Source of the DNA: Myxococcota bacterium
Lineage (GTDB): Bacteria; Myxococcota_A; UBA9160; SZUA-336
Assembly: GCA_965247115.1 (NCBI GenBank)
Contig: CBDFGR010000002.1
Coordinates: 1,568,001 to 1,632,000, forward strand
DNA length: 64,000 nucleotides
Direction: 5' to 3'
The position numbers and the translations under genes are program-made. Of the stretch, positions 27,404-36,973 are shown in pieces. The notes below the pieces were generated by a model, which saw only the letters and a program-made list of their open reading frames with translations, was not told where the DNA came from and made no database searches. The first letter of the stretch is position 1. The number at the start of each line of letters is the position of its first letter.

Positions 27404-27837
27404 GGCGCTCCAAGCTCCACGTGATCCGGCGCCTCGCCAAGCTGGAGACGGACCGCGCGCTGCGCGGACTTGGTGAGACCCAGTCGAGCGTGCGACGAGT
27501 CCAGGGAGCCCTCGACGACGTCCATGCCTCGGCCCAGGAGTCGCGACGCGCCCGCGCACTGGACGCGGGTGAGCAGCTCGACGCGGCCGCGATCACGGCC
27601 GCGCATCGGCGCGAGCTGTGGCTCACGACGAGAGATGAGTCACTGAGCGGCGAGCTCGGGGTGGCGCAACTTGCCGCGGAGGCAGCCCGCGAAGGTGTCG
27701 CAGAGGCGAAATTGCGCGTGCGCGCCATCGAGAACGCGATCTCGCGCCGCGAGGAGCGTGCTCGCCAGGAGGCCCGGCGTGCCGAGAGCCGTCGCCTGGA
27801 CGAGCTCACGCGGGGCCGCCCGGGAGAGGAGCCATGA
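27400..27837 (+). CDS. fliJ: Flagellar export protein FliJ
   Basis: 145-aa coiled coil ending ...ESRRLDE, directly after fliI. Confidence 0.75.
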   Translation: MRRSKLHVIRRLAKLETDRALRGLGETQSSVRRVQGALDDVHASAQESRRARALDAGEQLDAAAITAAHRRELWLTTRDESLSGELGVAQLAAEAAREGVAEAKLRVRAIENAISRREERARQEARRAESRRLDELTRGRPGEEP

Positions 27838-28277
27838 TCCCGCGGCCGCTCATCGCGTCGGCACTCCTCATCCTGCCGCTGCCCGTGGCTGCGGAGCCGG
27901 GCGACGTCCCGCGCGCCGTTGCGGACCCCAGTCTCGCGGTGCAGGCACTCGAGCTCGAGGCCCGCAAGGGCGCGCTCAAGCTGCTCGAAGAGGATCTCGA
28001 GCGCCGGCTCGTAGAACTCAGCGCCCTGAGCGCGGAGGTGTCCGCCGCACTCGCTCCCGGAGAGGAGAAATCAGACCACGACCTCAAGACCCTGATCTCG
28101 TTCTACCAGGCGATGAAACCGAAGAGCGCCGCGCAGCTGCTCGAGAAGCTCCCGGCACAGCTCGCCGCCAACGTCCTGGCAGCAATGAAGACACGCGAGG
28201 CCGGGAAGATCTTGAACGTGATGGCCGCGGACCGAGCTGTGCGGATCTCGCGGCTGATGGCGGGGGAGAAGCGATGA
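27834..28277 (+). CDS. MotE-family (MgtE N-terminal-like) flagellar protein
   Basis: Signal peptide, coiled coil, YQAMKPKSAAQLL...AMKTREAGKILNVM. Confidence 0.82.
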   Translation: MIPRPLIASALLILPLPVAAEPGDVPRAVADPSLAVQALELEARKGALKLLEEDLERRLVELSALSAEVSAALAPGEEKSDHDLKTLISFYQAMKPKSAAQLLEKLPAQLAANVLAAMKTREAGKILNVMAADRAVRISRLMAGEKR

Positions 28278-29812
28278 GCGAAGCGCTACCGCTCTCGCGC
28301 CTGATGGAGGCAGTCGGCGGGCTCGACGGCACGGTCGAACGGGCCGGCATCGAAACTCCCGTACCGATCGAGGCGGAGTCTGCAAATTCCTTCCACGGCG
28401 CGCTCCGAACGGCAGACCTCCTACTCGGCGCGCAGCCGGCGGCGACCGCCGTCGAGAACCTCTTGATCGAGCTCGATCCGGAAGCGGCTCCCGCCGAGCT
28501 TCCGGCGCCGGGGGCGCCCAGGATGATGGGGTTCCTCGATGTGGGCGCGGCGCGCCTGGCGACTTCCCAGGAGCAACAGGAAGCCTCTGATCCGGAGCTG
28601 GGCTCCACAGAGGGCCGCTCCTCTTCGGGCTCGGCTGGCGAGCAGCCCGCGAGTATTCTCGAAGCACTCGCACAACGAGTCGCGCAAACGTCGCAGCTCG
28701 CGCAAACGTCGCAGCTCCCGCAGCTCGCGCAGACGACTACCGGACCTGGCTTGCAACCGTCCGTCCCGACAGACCCGGCGACGAGCGGGAACGCTGCTGG
28801 TGGACACGATGGTCCGAGCCCGTCTAGTGAAAGCGCCAGCGCACTCCAGGCGGCAGCCGGCCTGCCCGAGCAGGGCCACACTTCGGAGCGTAGTACAGGG
28901 CGCGTGGCGGACTTGCCTGAGCTGCGGGATCTGACGGAGCTACGGGAGCGCCCGGCCAGCAATCCTGCGGACGACGCCCGATTGTCGGACGCTGCTCAGC
29001 AGACAGCGGTTGCCGCAACGCGCGAGTCCTCTACGCCTGGAGAAGCCCGCTCCACGCCACCAGCCACTGCGCGCTTTGACGGGATCCCGCAACAGCAGGC
29101 GGCTCCGGAATCCGAGGCGCGCGCCGAGAGTGCGCCGCGCACGAGCGCCGGAGGTTCCCTTCCGTCTTTCGATTCCCTCTCCCAGGGAAGCGACGATCCG
29201 GGAAGGGAGACGTCTCGCCCGACCACGGCGGAGCTATCCGAGCTCGGCAGCCAGAACGGAGCGCGCATCAAACAGGACGCGAGCTCCTCATCGATCCCAC
29301 AGGCACAGCTGACGAGCGCGCCGCAGGCCCAGAGCGCTACCCAGGACACCGCTCCGACGCGCGAGCCTCGCGCCCTGCCCGAGCTGCCCGTCGAGAACGA
29401 GACGGAGATCATCCGCGAGGCGCGTCTGCTCACTCAGGCCGGAGGGGGTCAGGCGCGCATCCAGCTCCACCCGCCACAGCTCGGCGAGCTGAGCCTGCGC
29501 GTCGTCGTCACGGATCAGAGCGTTTTCGTGAGCTTCGTGGCAGAGCACGGGCAGATCGCTGACGTGCTGGCGCGCCACCTGCCAGAGCTGCGCCAAGCCT
29601 TGGAGGGCATGGGACTCCGGATGGAGAACCTCGAGCTAGAGGCGCGAACGGCCAGGGACGAGGCTGACAAGTTCGGCTCCCGCGGCTCGGCCGGCGACAG
29701 AGAGACGCGGGACGGGATGCGCCAGGGGCTCCCAGGAGCTCATACCGACGTGCTGCTGCCACTGCCGCGCGTATCGCCGAACAGCCTCGGCACCGTCGAC
29801 GTGACCATCTGA
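28274..29812 (+). CDS. fliK: Flagellar hook-length control protein FliK
   Basis: Long low-complexity N-terminus; C-terminal ARIQLHPPQLGEL.L...LPELRQAL; lies before flgD. Confidence 0.9.
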   Translation: MSEALPLSRLMEAVGGLDGTVERAGIETPVPIEAESANSFHGALRTADLLLGAQPAATAVENLLIELDPEAAPAELPAPGAPRMMGFLDVGAARLATSQEQQEASDPELGSTEGRSSSGSAGEQPASILEALAQRVAQTSQLAQTSQLPQLAQTTTGPGLQPSVPTDPATSGNAAGGHDGPSPSSESASALQAAAGLPEQGHTSERSTGRVADLPELRDLTELRERPASNPADDARLSDAAQQTAVAATRESSTPGEARSTPPATARFDGIPQQQAAPESEARAESAPRTSAGGSLPSFDSLSQGSDDPGRETSRPTTAELSELGSQNGARIKQDASSSSIPQAQLTSAPQAQSATQDTAPTREPRALPELPVENETEIIREARLLTQAGGGQARIQLHPPQLGELSLRVVVTDQSVFVSFVAEHGQIADVLARHLPELRQALEGMGLRMENLELEARTARDEADKFGSRGSAGDRETRDGMRQGLPGAHTDVLLPLPRVSPNSLGTVDVTI

Positions 29813-29829
29813 GTGGATAGGAGCGGAAG

Positions 29830-30639
29830 ATGGAAGAAGTAACAGCACTGACGCCCACCACCGATTCCTTCGAGAGCTCGACGACCACACTGGAACAGGC
29901 AGGGCTGGACCGAGATGCGTTCCTGCGCATCTTCCTCACGCAGCTCCAGTTCCAGGATCCGCTGAACCCGCAGGACTCGAGCGAGCTGAGCGCGCAGCTG
30001 GCGACCTTCAGTCAGCTGGAGCAGTCCATCGTTCAGGCCGACCAGCTGCGGGAGGTCAACGAACGACTCGAGTCGTTGATCGAGGCGACGAATCGCACAC
30101 AGGCCGGACCGACGCTCGACCCGGTCGCTCTGATCGGCAGGCAGATCGAGGTAGACGTCGACGAGCTGCTCGTTCCCGCAACGGGGGAGTCGATCCAGCT
30201 CGGCTTCGAGCTGAATCAGACCGACGCCGAGTTTCTGAGCTTCCTCGCCAGCGACGCATCCGGCAACCTCTTCGGGCTCGCGGCAAGCGGCGCCGGAGAG
30301 GGCGCGATCTACGCCCCGGGCCACTACACGCTGAGCTTCTCGAACGGGTCTCCACGCTTGCAGGCGCCGGGGCAGGATCCTGTCGAGCTCATCTTCTTTT
30401 CGCTGACGGAGCTGCCGAACGGAGAGCTCGCGGTGGACCCGGACGCGAATCCGCTCGTCTTCTCCACGGGCTCGACCTACGGCTTTCAGGTCGAAGCCAG
30501 CGGAGCGAACAATCAGCGCACCTCACTCGCCACCACCACGGCGGGGGTCGTGACGAGTGTGCGCGTCGTTGATGGCTTTCCCGTTCTGGTCGTTGGTGGC
30601 CAGGACATCGACCCAACCCAAATCCTTCGGATCCAGTAG
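29830..30639 (+). CDS. flgD: Flagellar hook assembly protein FlgD
   Basis: FLRIFLTQLQFQDPLNP.D...AQLATFSQLEQ. Confidence 0.93.
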   Translation: MEEVTALTPTTDSFESSTTTLEQAGLDRDAFLRIFLTQLQFQDPLNPQDSSELSAQLATFSQLEQSIVQADQLREVNERLESLIEATNRTQAGPTLDPVALIGRQIEVDVDELLVPATGESIQLGFELNQTDAEFLSFLASDASGNLFGLAASGAGEGAIYAPGHYTLSFSNGSPRLQAPGQDPVELIFFSLTELPNGELAVDPDANPLVFSTGSTYGFQVEASGANNQRTSLATTTAGVVTSVRVVDGFPVLVVGGQDIDPTQILRIQ

Positions 30640-30653
30640 AGGAGCATGCTGAC

Positions 30654-32066
30654 ATGGGAATTCTGACCAGTCTCTTTGCGGGTGTGTCGGGGATGAATGC
30701 TGCGGGGCAGCAGATCTCCATCATTGGTGACAACATCGCGAACGTAAACACTCCGGGCTTCAAGGCGTCCCGCGCCGAGTTCCAGGACGTGCTGGCGGGG
30801 AATCTCGCGGGATCGGGAAGCGCGGGCCAGATCGGCGCCGGTGCGCGGCTCGCGGGCGTGAACCAGAGCTTCACGCAGGGCTCGCTCGAGGCCACGGACG
30901 TGACGACGGACCTCGCGATCGATGGCGGCGGCTTCTTTGTCCTGCAGGACACCACGGGCATCTCCTACACGCGCGCGGGCCTGTTCCGGCTGGACAGCAC
31001 GCAGCAGCTGGTCAACGCCCAGGGCCAGTCGGTGCTCGGCTTTGGCATCTCACCCGGCGGGCTCCCGAACGGCGCACTCGGAGCGGTCGTCCTGTCGAAC
31101 ACGGCCTCTGTGCCCTCCGCCACGGCTGCGGTCGACGTGAACGTCAACATCGACCCGAACGACACGGCGATTCCTGCGGGGAACCCGTTCGACCACCTGG
31201 ATCCCATCAGTCACTCCAACTTCCAGACGGGGATCCGAGTCTTCGATTCGCTCGGCAATCCGCGAAACGTCACCATTCACTTCCGCAAGGATGACGCGGT
31301 GGCGAACCGCTGGGTCTGGTTCGCGGGCGTGAATCGCAGCGACCTGGACATGGCGGCGTACGGCGGTGCCTTCGCTCAGGGTCCTGCTGGCGCGCAGACA
31401 CAGTTCATCCCGGTCCAGAGCGGTACGCTCGACTTCGACAGTACCGGTGTGCTGAGCCTCGAGACTGCCGCCGCCCTGTCGATCCAGTTCGACCACGACG
31501 GGGACGGGGCTCTCGACGGTGCCGCAGAGCCGACGCCGCAGCTCTTTCGCTGGGCGGACGGTGCCAACACCGCCACCATCGGCTTCGACTTCGGCAACTC
31601 GCTCACGGAAGGCGGTACAGGGGCTGACCGGACGACGCAGTTCGGCGGCTCCACTGCTGCGGGCGTGAACAACTTCGTCCGCTTCATGGACCAGGACGGC
31701 TTCTCGGCCGGCTCGCTGCAGAGCGTGGCCATCGACGAGTCGGGCTTTGTGACCGGCTCCTTCTCGAATGGACAGGTGACGCGCCTCGCTCAAGTGGCGC
31801 TGGCCACCTTCCCGAGCGTGAACGGGCTCTCTCGCCTTGGCAAAAACAACTACACCGAGACCTCCGCCTCGGGAAACGTGATCGTCGGCTCGCCGAATCA
31901 GGCGGCCTTCGGCGCGATTCGATCCGGCTTCCTGGAGCAGTCGAACAGCGACCTGGCGGACCAGTTCGTCAAGCTGATCATCGCTCAGCGGGCCTTCCAG
32001 GCGAACACGCGAACCATCCAGACCTCGAGCGACCTGCTGTCGAGCCTGGTCGGTCTGGGACAGTAA
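30654..32066 (+). CDS. flgE: Flagellar hook protein FlgE
   Basis: Motifs IGDNIANVNTPGFK, DLAIDGGGFF, YTRAG.F, VFDSLGN, LEQSNSDL...I.AQRAFQAN. Confidence 0.95.
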   Translation: MGILTSLFAGVSGMNAAGQQISIIGDNIANVNTPGFKASRAEFQDVLAGNLAGSGSAGQIGAGARLAGVNQSFTQGSLEATDVTTDLAIDGGGFFVLQDTTGISYTRAGLFRLDSTQQLVNAQGQSVLGFGISPGGLPNGALGAVVLSNTASVPSATAAVDVNVNIDPNDTAIPAGNPFDHLDPISHSNFQTGIRVFDSLGNPRNVTIHFRKDDAVANRWVWFAGVNRSDLDMAAYGGAFAQGPAGAQTQFIPVQSGTLDFDSTGVLSLETAAALSIQFDHDGDGALDGAAEPTPQLFRWADGANTATIGFDFGNSLTEGGTGADRTTQFGGSTAAGVNNFVRFMDQDGFSAGSLQSVAIDESGFVTGSFSNGQVTRLAQVALATFPSVNGLSRLGKNNYTETSASGNVIVGSPNQAAFGAIRSGFLEQSNSDLADQFVKLIIAQRAFQANTRTIQTSSDLLSSLVGLGQ

Positions 32067-32084
32067 TCGTTGAGGACATGAGAC

Positions 32085-32696
32085 ATGGCAGAAGAAGAGG
32101 CGACGCCTGAGGTAGAGGAGCCAGAAGCATCCCCCTCCGCTCGGAGGGGGGCCTTCGTGCTCGGCGCCGGTCTGGTGGTGGCACTCGCTGTCACCGCGAC
32201 GGGGATCCTGGTCTTCTGGCCGGACGCCGAGGAGGGTCAGGAGACCGGGCGCGCAGCGACGGAGCCGCCTGCGGCCTCGGCCGAGGTCGCAGCAGCAACG
32301 GAGGGGATCGACTACGAGGCCGAGCTCGGTGTCGTCCTGCCGCTCGCGTTCGTGGCCGCAGCAGGAGAGGAAGCGGGTGGCAAGAGCAACCACATCGGCA
32401 AGATCGTCCCACTCGATTCCTTCGTCGTGAACATCAGTGATCGCGAGCGCGACCGCTACCTCAAGCTCAAGACCGAGCTGGAGCTCTCCATGCCGGAGCT
32501 CTCCGACGAGCTCGATCAACGCATGCCTCAGATTCGGGATCTGATCATCAGCTTGCTGGGAAGCAAGTCCTTCGAGGAGGTCCGCACGATCGAGGGGAAG
32601 AACTTCCTCCGCGAGGAGATCCTGCTGCGGATCAACTCGCTGCTGGTCTCGGGCAAGGTCAAGCGCGTGTTCTTTACGGAGTTTGTCGTTCAGTGA
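32085..32696 (+). CDS. fliL: Flagellar basal body-associated protein FliL
   Basis: Single TM; motifs FVVNI, RYLK, PQIRDLII.LL, VFFTEFVVQ. Confidence 0.92.
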   Translation: MAEEEATPEVEEPEASPSARRGAFVLGAGLVVALAVTATGILVFWPDAEEGQETGRAATEPPAASAEVAAATEGIDYEAELGVVLPLAFVAAAGEEAGGKSNHIGKIVPLDSFVVNISDRERDRYLKLKTELELSMPELSDELDQRMPQIRDLIISLLGSKSFEEVRTIEGKNFLREEILLRINSLLVSGKVKRVFFTEFVVQ

Positions 32697-33850
32697 CAGA
32701 ACGCATTCTAGAACAAGAAGAGATCGATCAGCTCCTTCAGGCTGTAATCGACGGGAAGGTCCCGACGTCCCGGGGATCCCTCGTCCCGCTCCTGAATGCC
32801 ACTCCCATGGACTTCTCCGATCCGGGCTGGAGCCAGGATCGCATCATCCGGCGGCGCCTCCCGGTGCTCGACCTGGTCTTCGATCGGCTGGGCCCACTTG
32901 TCCAGGTGACACTGACGAAGAGCCTGCGCTTCCCGATCCGCGCCGAGTCCTTCGGTGTAGAGCTCAAGAAGTTCGGCGATTTCCGAAAGGACTTCGAGTC
33001 CCAGGCGTGCCTGTTCGAGGTCATGCGCCTGGATCCGCTGCGCGGCTACTCCGTCATGGTCTTCCCGACCAACATCCTCTACGCCCTGATCGATGCGCTG
33101 ATGGGCGGGCTCGGCGTGGGCGAGCCAGTGGATCGGGAGGTGTCGGACATCGAGGCGAGCCTGCTCGAGAAGCCTCACCTGGAGACGCTACGCGACCTGG
33201 AGAACGCGTGGAGGCCCTGGTTCCCGCTGAGCGTCGAGCACGTCCGGGCCGATCGCAACGTCCGCGTGTTCAGCACGATCGGGGACGAGGAGGTCTGCCA
33301 CATCGGCAAGATCGTCATCGCGGGCGACGTCTTGCCCTCTTCCCCGATCTACTTCGTGCTTCCCTACGCCGGCCTGGAGCCACTGATCGAGGCGACGGCC
33401 GGCCGTGCGGGAGAGGAGAACGATCCCAACTGGCGCGTGAACCTGGAGCACAACGTTCAGGAGACGAAAGCCCGTGTCTCCGCGGTGCTGGGAACGACCA
33501 AGCTCTCGACTTCGAAAATCCACGCGCTCGCGGAGGGAGACGTTGTTGAGCTGGACCGGCGAGTCGATGAAGACATCGATCTCCTCGTCGAAGGCGAGAA
33601 TGTGTACAAGGCGCGTATGGGTCGCAGCCGCGGCAACTACGCGGCCCGGGTCACGACCCGACGCATGATCAAGCGCGAATTCGTCGACCGCACTTCGGGA
33701 CAGAAGCTGGTTCGCACGGGTCTGATTACGAGCGAGCAGCTCGCCGTCGCCCAGGTGGACGAGCGGATCAATCGCAAGCTCCTGCTCGATTCCATCGTCA
33801 GTCGCGGATGGGTCGAGCGAAGGGTTCTCGAGGCCGCTCTACAGAGCTGA
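32693..33850 (+). CDS. fliM: Flagellar motor switch protein FliM with an extra C-terminal domain
   Basis: N-terminal ILEQEEIDQLL, middle domain with LMGGLG and SDIE, SpoA domain, then a ~55-aa extension. Confidence 0.9.
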   Translation: MTERILEQEEIDQLLQAVIDGKVPTSRGSLVPLLNATPMDFSDPGWSQDRIIRRRLPVLDLVFDRLGPLVQVTLTKSLRFPIRAESFGVELKKFGDFRKDFESQACLFEVMRLDPLRGYSVMVFPTNILYALIDALMGGLGVGEPVDREVSDIEASLLEKPHLETLRDLENAWRPWFPLSVEHVRADRNVRVFSTIGDEEVCHIGKIVIAGDVLPSSPIYFVLPYAGLEPLIEATAGRAGEENDPNWRVNLEHNVQETKARVSAVLGTTKLSTSKIHALAEGDVVELDRRVDEDIDLLVEGENVYKARMGRSRGNYAARVTTRRMIKREFVDRTSGQKLVRTGLITSEQLAVAQVDERINRKLLLDSIVSRGWVERRVLEAALQS

Positions 33851-33860
33851 GGAGGAAGGC

Positions 33861-34151
33861 GTGCCGGAGGCAACCACCGATGCCAAAGGGGAAGAGGGAT
33901 TTGAGCTGCTACTGGACGTTCCGCTCCAGGTCTCGGTGCAGCTCGGCGAGACGCAGATGCGGATTCAGGACCTGCTCGAGCTCGGCCAGGGCTCCGTCGT
34001 CGATCTCGACCGCCTTGCCGGAGAGCCCGTCGACATCCTCGTGAACGGACATCCCATCGCGCTCGGAGAGATCGTGGTCGTGAACGAGCGCTACGCAGTG
34101 CGTGTCGTCTCGGTCAACAACCCGGCGGAGCGCCTCGAGTCCCTGAAATGA
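33861..34151 (+). CDS. fliN: Flagellar motor switch protein FliN
   Basis: LLDVPLQVSVQLG...LL.L.QGSVV.LDRLAGEPVDILVNG...GEIVVV. Confidence 0.94.
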   Translation: MPEATTDAKGEEGFELLLDVPLQVSVQLGETQMRIQDLLELGQGSVVDLDRLAGEPVDILVNGHPIALGEIVVVNERYAVRVVSVNNPAERLESLK

Positions 34152-34624
34152 AGCGCGCGCTCGCTCTCGTGCTCACGCACGCCGCGTTGGTCATAGGCGC
34201 GACGGCCGCTTCTGCGGCCCCCGGGGAGGACGCAGCGGCTCGGAACCCGAGCGTCGACTCCTTCCCCACGCCCATGGTCGCGCCGCTCACAAAGATGGGG
34301 CTCGCGTTGGCGGCCATCAGCGCGCTCAGCGGCGGTCTGGCGCTGTGGTCGAGGCGCAGGCGACAGACCCTCGGCGGCGCCGACGCGAACATCCGGATCC
34401 TCGCGAATCGCAGCCTCTCCAACCGTCACCAGATCTTGCTCCTGGACGTGGGCGGGCACCGCCTGCTCGTCGGCACGGGCGGAGACGCAGTGACCTTCCT
34501 CGCGGACCTGACGGAGACCGAGCTCTTCTCGGGCAAGCTGGATCGACACCTGCCCAGGGCGGAGTCAACGCCCGAGCCCGACTTCCTCGAGAAGATCGGA
34601 AAGTTCGAGGGACTCGATGCGTAG
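34148..34624 (+). CDS. fliO: Flagellar biosynthesis protein FliO
   Basis: TM segment then IRIL....L......LLDVGG.RLLVG; lies between fliN and fliP. Confidence 0.82.
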   Translation: MKRALALVLTHAALVIGATAASAAPGEDAAARNPSVDSFPTPMVAPLTKMGLALAAISALSGGLALWSRRRRQTLGGADANIRILANRSLSNRHQILLLDVGGHRLLVGTGGDAVTFLADLTETELFSGKLDRHLPRAESTPEPDFLEKIGKFEGLDA

Positions 34625-35390
34625 GAGCTGGAGATGGGCCGCGCTGGCCTGCTTCGGCATCGCGGCCGTCCTGCTCGCCAGCACGTCCGTCGCGAACGCA
34701 CAGCAGAGCGGCATCCTCGGCGATGCACTCGCGGACCTCGAAGCACTCACGGAGAATCCGGAGAAGCTCACGCCGGCCTTCCGCCTGGCGATCCTGATGA
34801 CGCTGCTCTCTCTCGCACCCGCGCTTGTGATGATGCTGACCTGCTTCGTGCGAATCGTGATCGTTCTCACCCTGCTCCGTCAGGCGATCGGCATCCAGAC
34901 TGTCCCCCCGACGCAGGTGCTGGTTGCGCTAGCGCTGTTCCTCACCATGTTCGTCATGCAGGGCACCTTCACCAAAGCGTACTCCGAGGGGGTCGGCCCC
35001 TTCCTGCGCGGCGAGATCGACGACACGACAGCCTTTGAAGCTTCCGTCGGGCCCTTTCGCGAGTACATGCTGCGGCAGACACGCGACCAAGACCTGCTCC
35101 TCTTCGAGGAGATCTCGGACAAGCCCCTGCCGGAGGATCCCTCCGAGCTCGGCATCGCCACGCTCACACCCGCATACATGCTGAGTGAGCTGCGAACGGC
35201 CTTCATGATCGGCTTCATGTTGTTCTTGCCGTTTCTCGTGATCGACATGGTCGTCGCGTCGACGTTGTTGTCTATGGGCATGATCGTCGTACCCCCGATC
35301 ATGATCTCGCTCCCCCTCAAGCTGATGATCTTCGTGCTCGTCGATGGTTGGAACCTGGTCGTTGGGGCACTGGTCAGGGGGTTGACATGA
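34617..35390 (+). CDS. fliP: Flagellar export gate protein FliP
   Basis: Motifs MLTCFVRIVIVL.LLRQAIG, PAYMLSELRTAF.IGF, PP.MISLPLKL..FVLVDGW. Confidence 0.96.
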   Translation: MRRSWRWAALACFGIAAVLLASTSVANAQQSGILGDALADLEALTENPEKLTPAFRLAILMTLLSLAPALVMMLTCFVRIVIVLTLLRQAIGIQTVPPTQVLVALALFLTMFVMQGTFTKAYSEGVGPFLRGEIDDTTAFEASVGPFREYMLRQTRDQDLLLFEEISDKPLPEDPSELGIATLTPAYMLSELRTAFMIGFMLFLPFLVIDMVVASTLLSMGMIVVPPIMISLPLKLMIFVLVDGWNLVVGALVRGLT

Positions 35391-35662
35391 GCATGGACCT
35401 GGTTGTCGAGCTCTATCGAGAAATGCTGCGAACCGCGGCGTTCGTTGCCACGCCGATCCTCGGCACCGCGATGTTCATCGGGCTGGGCGTTTCGCTCTTA
35501 CAGACCATCACGAGCATCAACGAGCAGACACTCACGTTCGTGCCAAAGATCGCCGGCATCGCGATCGTCGTGGGAGTCACCCTGCCCTGGCTCCTCACCC
35601 AGCTCATGACCTTCCTCACGCTGATTCTCTCGCACGCACCCGGACTGGTGATCGGGCCCTAG
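35387..35662 (+). CDS. fliQ: Flagellar export gate protein FliQ
   Basis: GLGVSLLQTITSINEQTLTFVPKI. Confidence 0.94.
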   Translation: MSMDLVVELYREMLRTAAFVATPILGTAMFIGLGVSLLQTITSINEQTLTFVPKIAGIAIVVGVTLPWLLTQLMTFLTLILSHAPGLVIGP

Positions 35663-36937
35663 CAGGCTGCTGAAAAACTCCTCATCGAAGGGTACCTTGG
35701 GAGCGAGCCCCAAAGGGGGAGGCGTGAGAGGACAGGGGACGCTTCAGGGCGGGATGTTCAGCTACGTGTCGCTGGAGTCGCGGATTCCGGATGATCATCC
35801 GCTTCGAGCGATGCGGCGCATGGTCGACACGGCGCTGCAGCGGCTATCGCCGCGCTTCGACGCGATCTACGCCAGAGGCGTAGGGCGCCCGTCCGTGCCC
35901 CCGGAGCAGCTGCTGCGCGCCCTGCTGCTGCAGGTGCTCTACACCATCCGGAGCGAGCGGCAGCTGGTGGAGCAGCTGGAGTACAACCTGCTGTATCGCT
36001 GGTTCGTGGGTCTGGAGCTTGACGAGGTGGTGTTCAGCGCCACGGTGTTCACGAAGAACCGAGACCGGCTGCTCAAGGGCGAGATTGCCGAGCACTTCTT
36101 CGACGCAGTGCTGGAGCAGGCCGAGACCGAGGGATGGGTGTCGTTGGAGCACTTCACGGTAGACGGGACGCTGATCGAGGCGTGGGCGAGCCAGAAGAGC
36201 TTCGTACGGAAGGACGAGGAACGGAGAGACGACGATGACCCGGGCAACCCGACGGTGAACTTCCGAGGCGAGAAGCGGAGCAACCAGACGCATGCGTCGA
36301 CGACGGATCCCGACGCACGACTCGCCGGTATGAGAGGCCAAGGCGCCCGACTCGCGTACCAGGGACACGTGGTGACGGAGAACCGGAACGGCTTGGTGGT
36401 CGCGGCGAAGCTCACGCAGGCGTCGGGATATGCGGAGCGCGAAGCGGCGCTCGAGATGGTGGAAGGTCTGGGAGGCGGGCGTCGGAGGACATTGGGCGGA
36501 GACAAGGGCTTCGACACGAAGGGGTTCGTGGAAGAGCTTCGAGAGTTGGGCGTGACCCCACACGTGGCGCAGAACACGACGAATCGACGCAGCGCGATCG
36601 ACGGGCGGACGACGCGCCACCGGGGCTACGAACTGAGTCAGCGTTTTCGCAAACGGGTGGAAGAGGTCTTCGGCTGGATGAAGACCGTGGGGCTGATGCG
36701 CAAGACCCGACACCGCGGCACGGATCGGGTCGGCTGGGTCTTCACCTTCACGGCCGCAGCCTACAACCTGATCCGGATCCGCAAGCTGCTGGAGGCCACG
36801 TAGGTCATGTGCGAAACCGCCCCGCGATCAGCGGAGCCCAAGACCGGTTCGAACCGGGAATCGCGCCCCGCCCCTCGGCCGGTGAACCCCCTCGTCGGAA
36901 GGACCACCCCTCAACCAGTCACTTTCTCCGCAGCCTG
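35663..36937 (+). mobile_element. IS5-family insertion sequence, 1275 bp
   Basis: TIRs CAGGCTGCTGAAAAA and the reverse complement of CAGGCTGCGGAGAAA (13/15 match), flanked by CTAG at 35659-35662 and 36938-36941. Confidence 0.92.
35724..36803 (+). CDS. IS5-family DDE transposase
   Basis: Motifs DHPLR, GRPSVPPE.LLRALLLQ.LY.IRSERQL, FTVDGTLIEAWAS, GGDKGFD, RKRVEEVFGW.K, AAYNL.R. Confidence 0.95.
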   Translation: MRGQGTLQGGMFSYVSLESRIPDDHPLRAMRRMVDTALQRLSPRFDAIYARGVGRPSVPPEQLLRALLLQVLYTIRSERQLVEQLEYNLLYRWFVGLELDEVVFSATVFTKNRDRLLKGEIAEHFFDAVLEQAETEGWVSLEHFTVDGTLIEAWASQKSFVRKDEERRDDDDPGNPTVNFRGEKRSNQTHASTTDPDARLAGMRGQGARLAYQGHVVTENRNGLVVAAKLTQASGYAEREAALEMVEGLGGGRRRTLGGDKGFDTKGFVEELRELGVTPHVAQNTTNRRSAIDGRTTRHRGYELSQRFRKRVEEVFGWMKTVGLMRKTRHRGTDRVGWVFTFTAAAYNLIRIRKLLEAT

Positions 36938-36973
36938 CTAGGAGCGCTCGCGCGAAAGCTTCAGGAATAGAGG

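Noticed and set aside
27671..28273. Long N-terminal extensions in the ORF track (fliK here; likewise hemE from 770, flgC from 21589, oxidoreductase from 62938)
   Set aside because: The extensions overlap upstream genes; recognisable family sequence or coupled ATG starts begin downstream.
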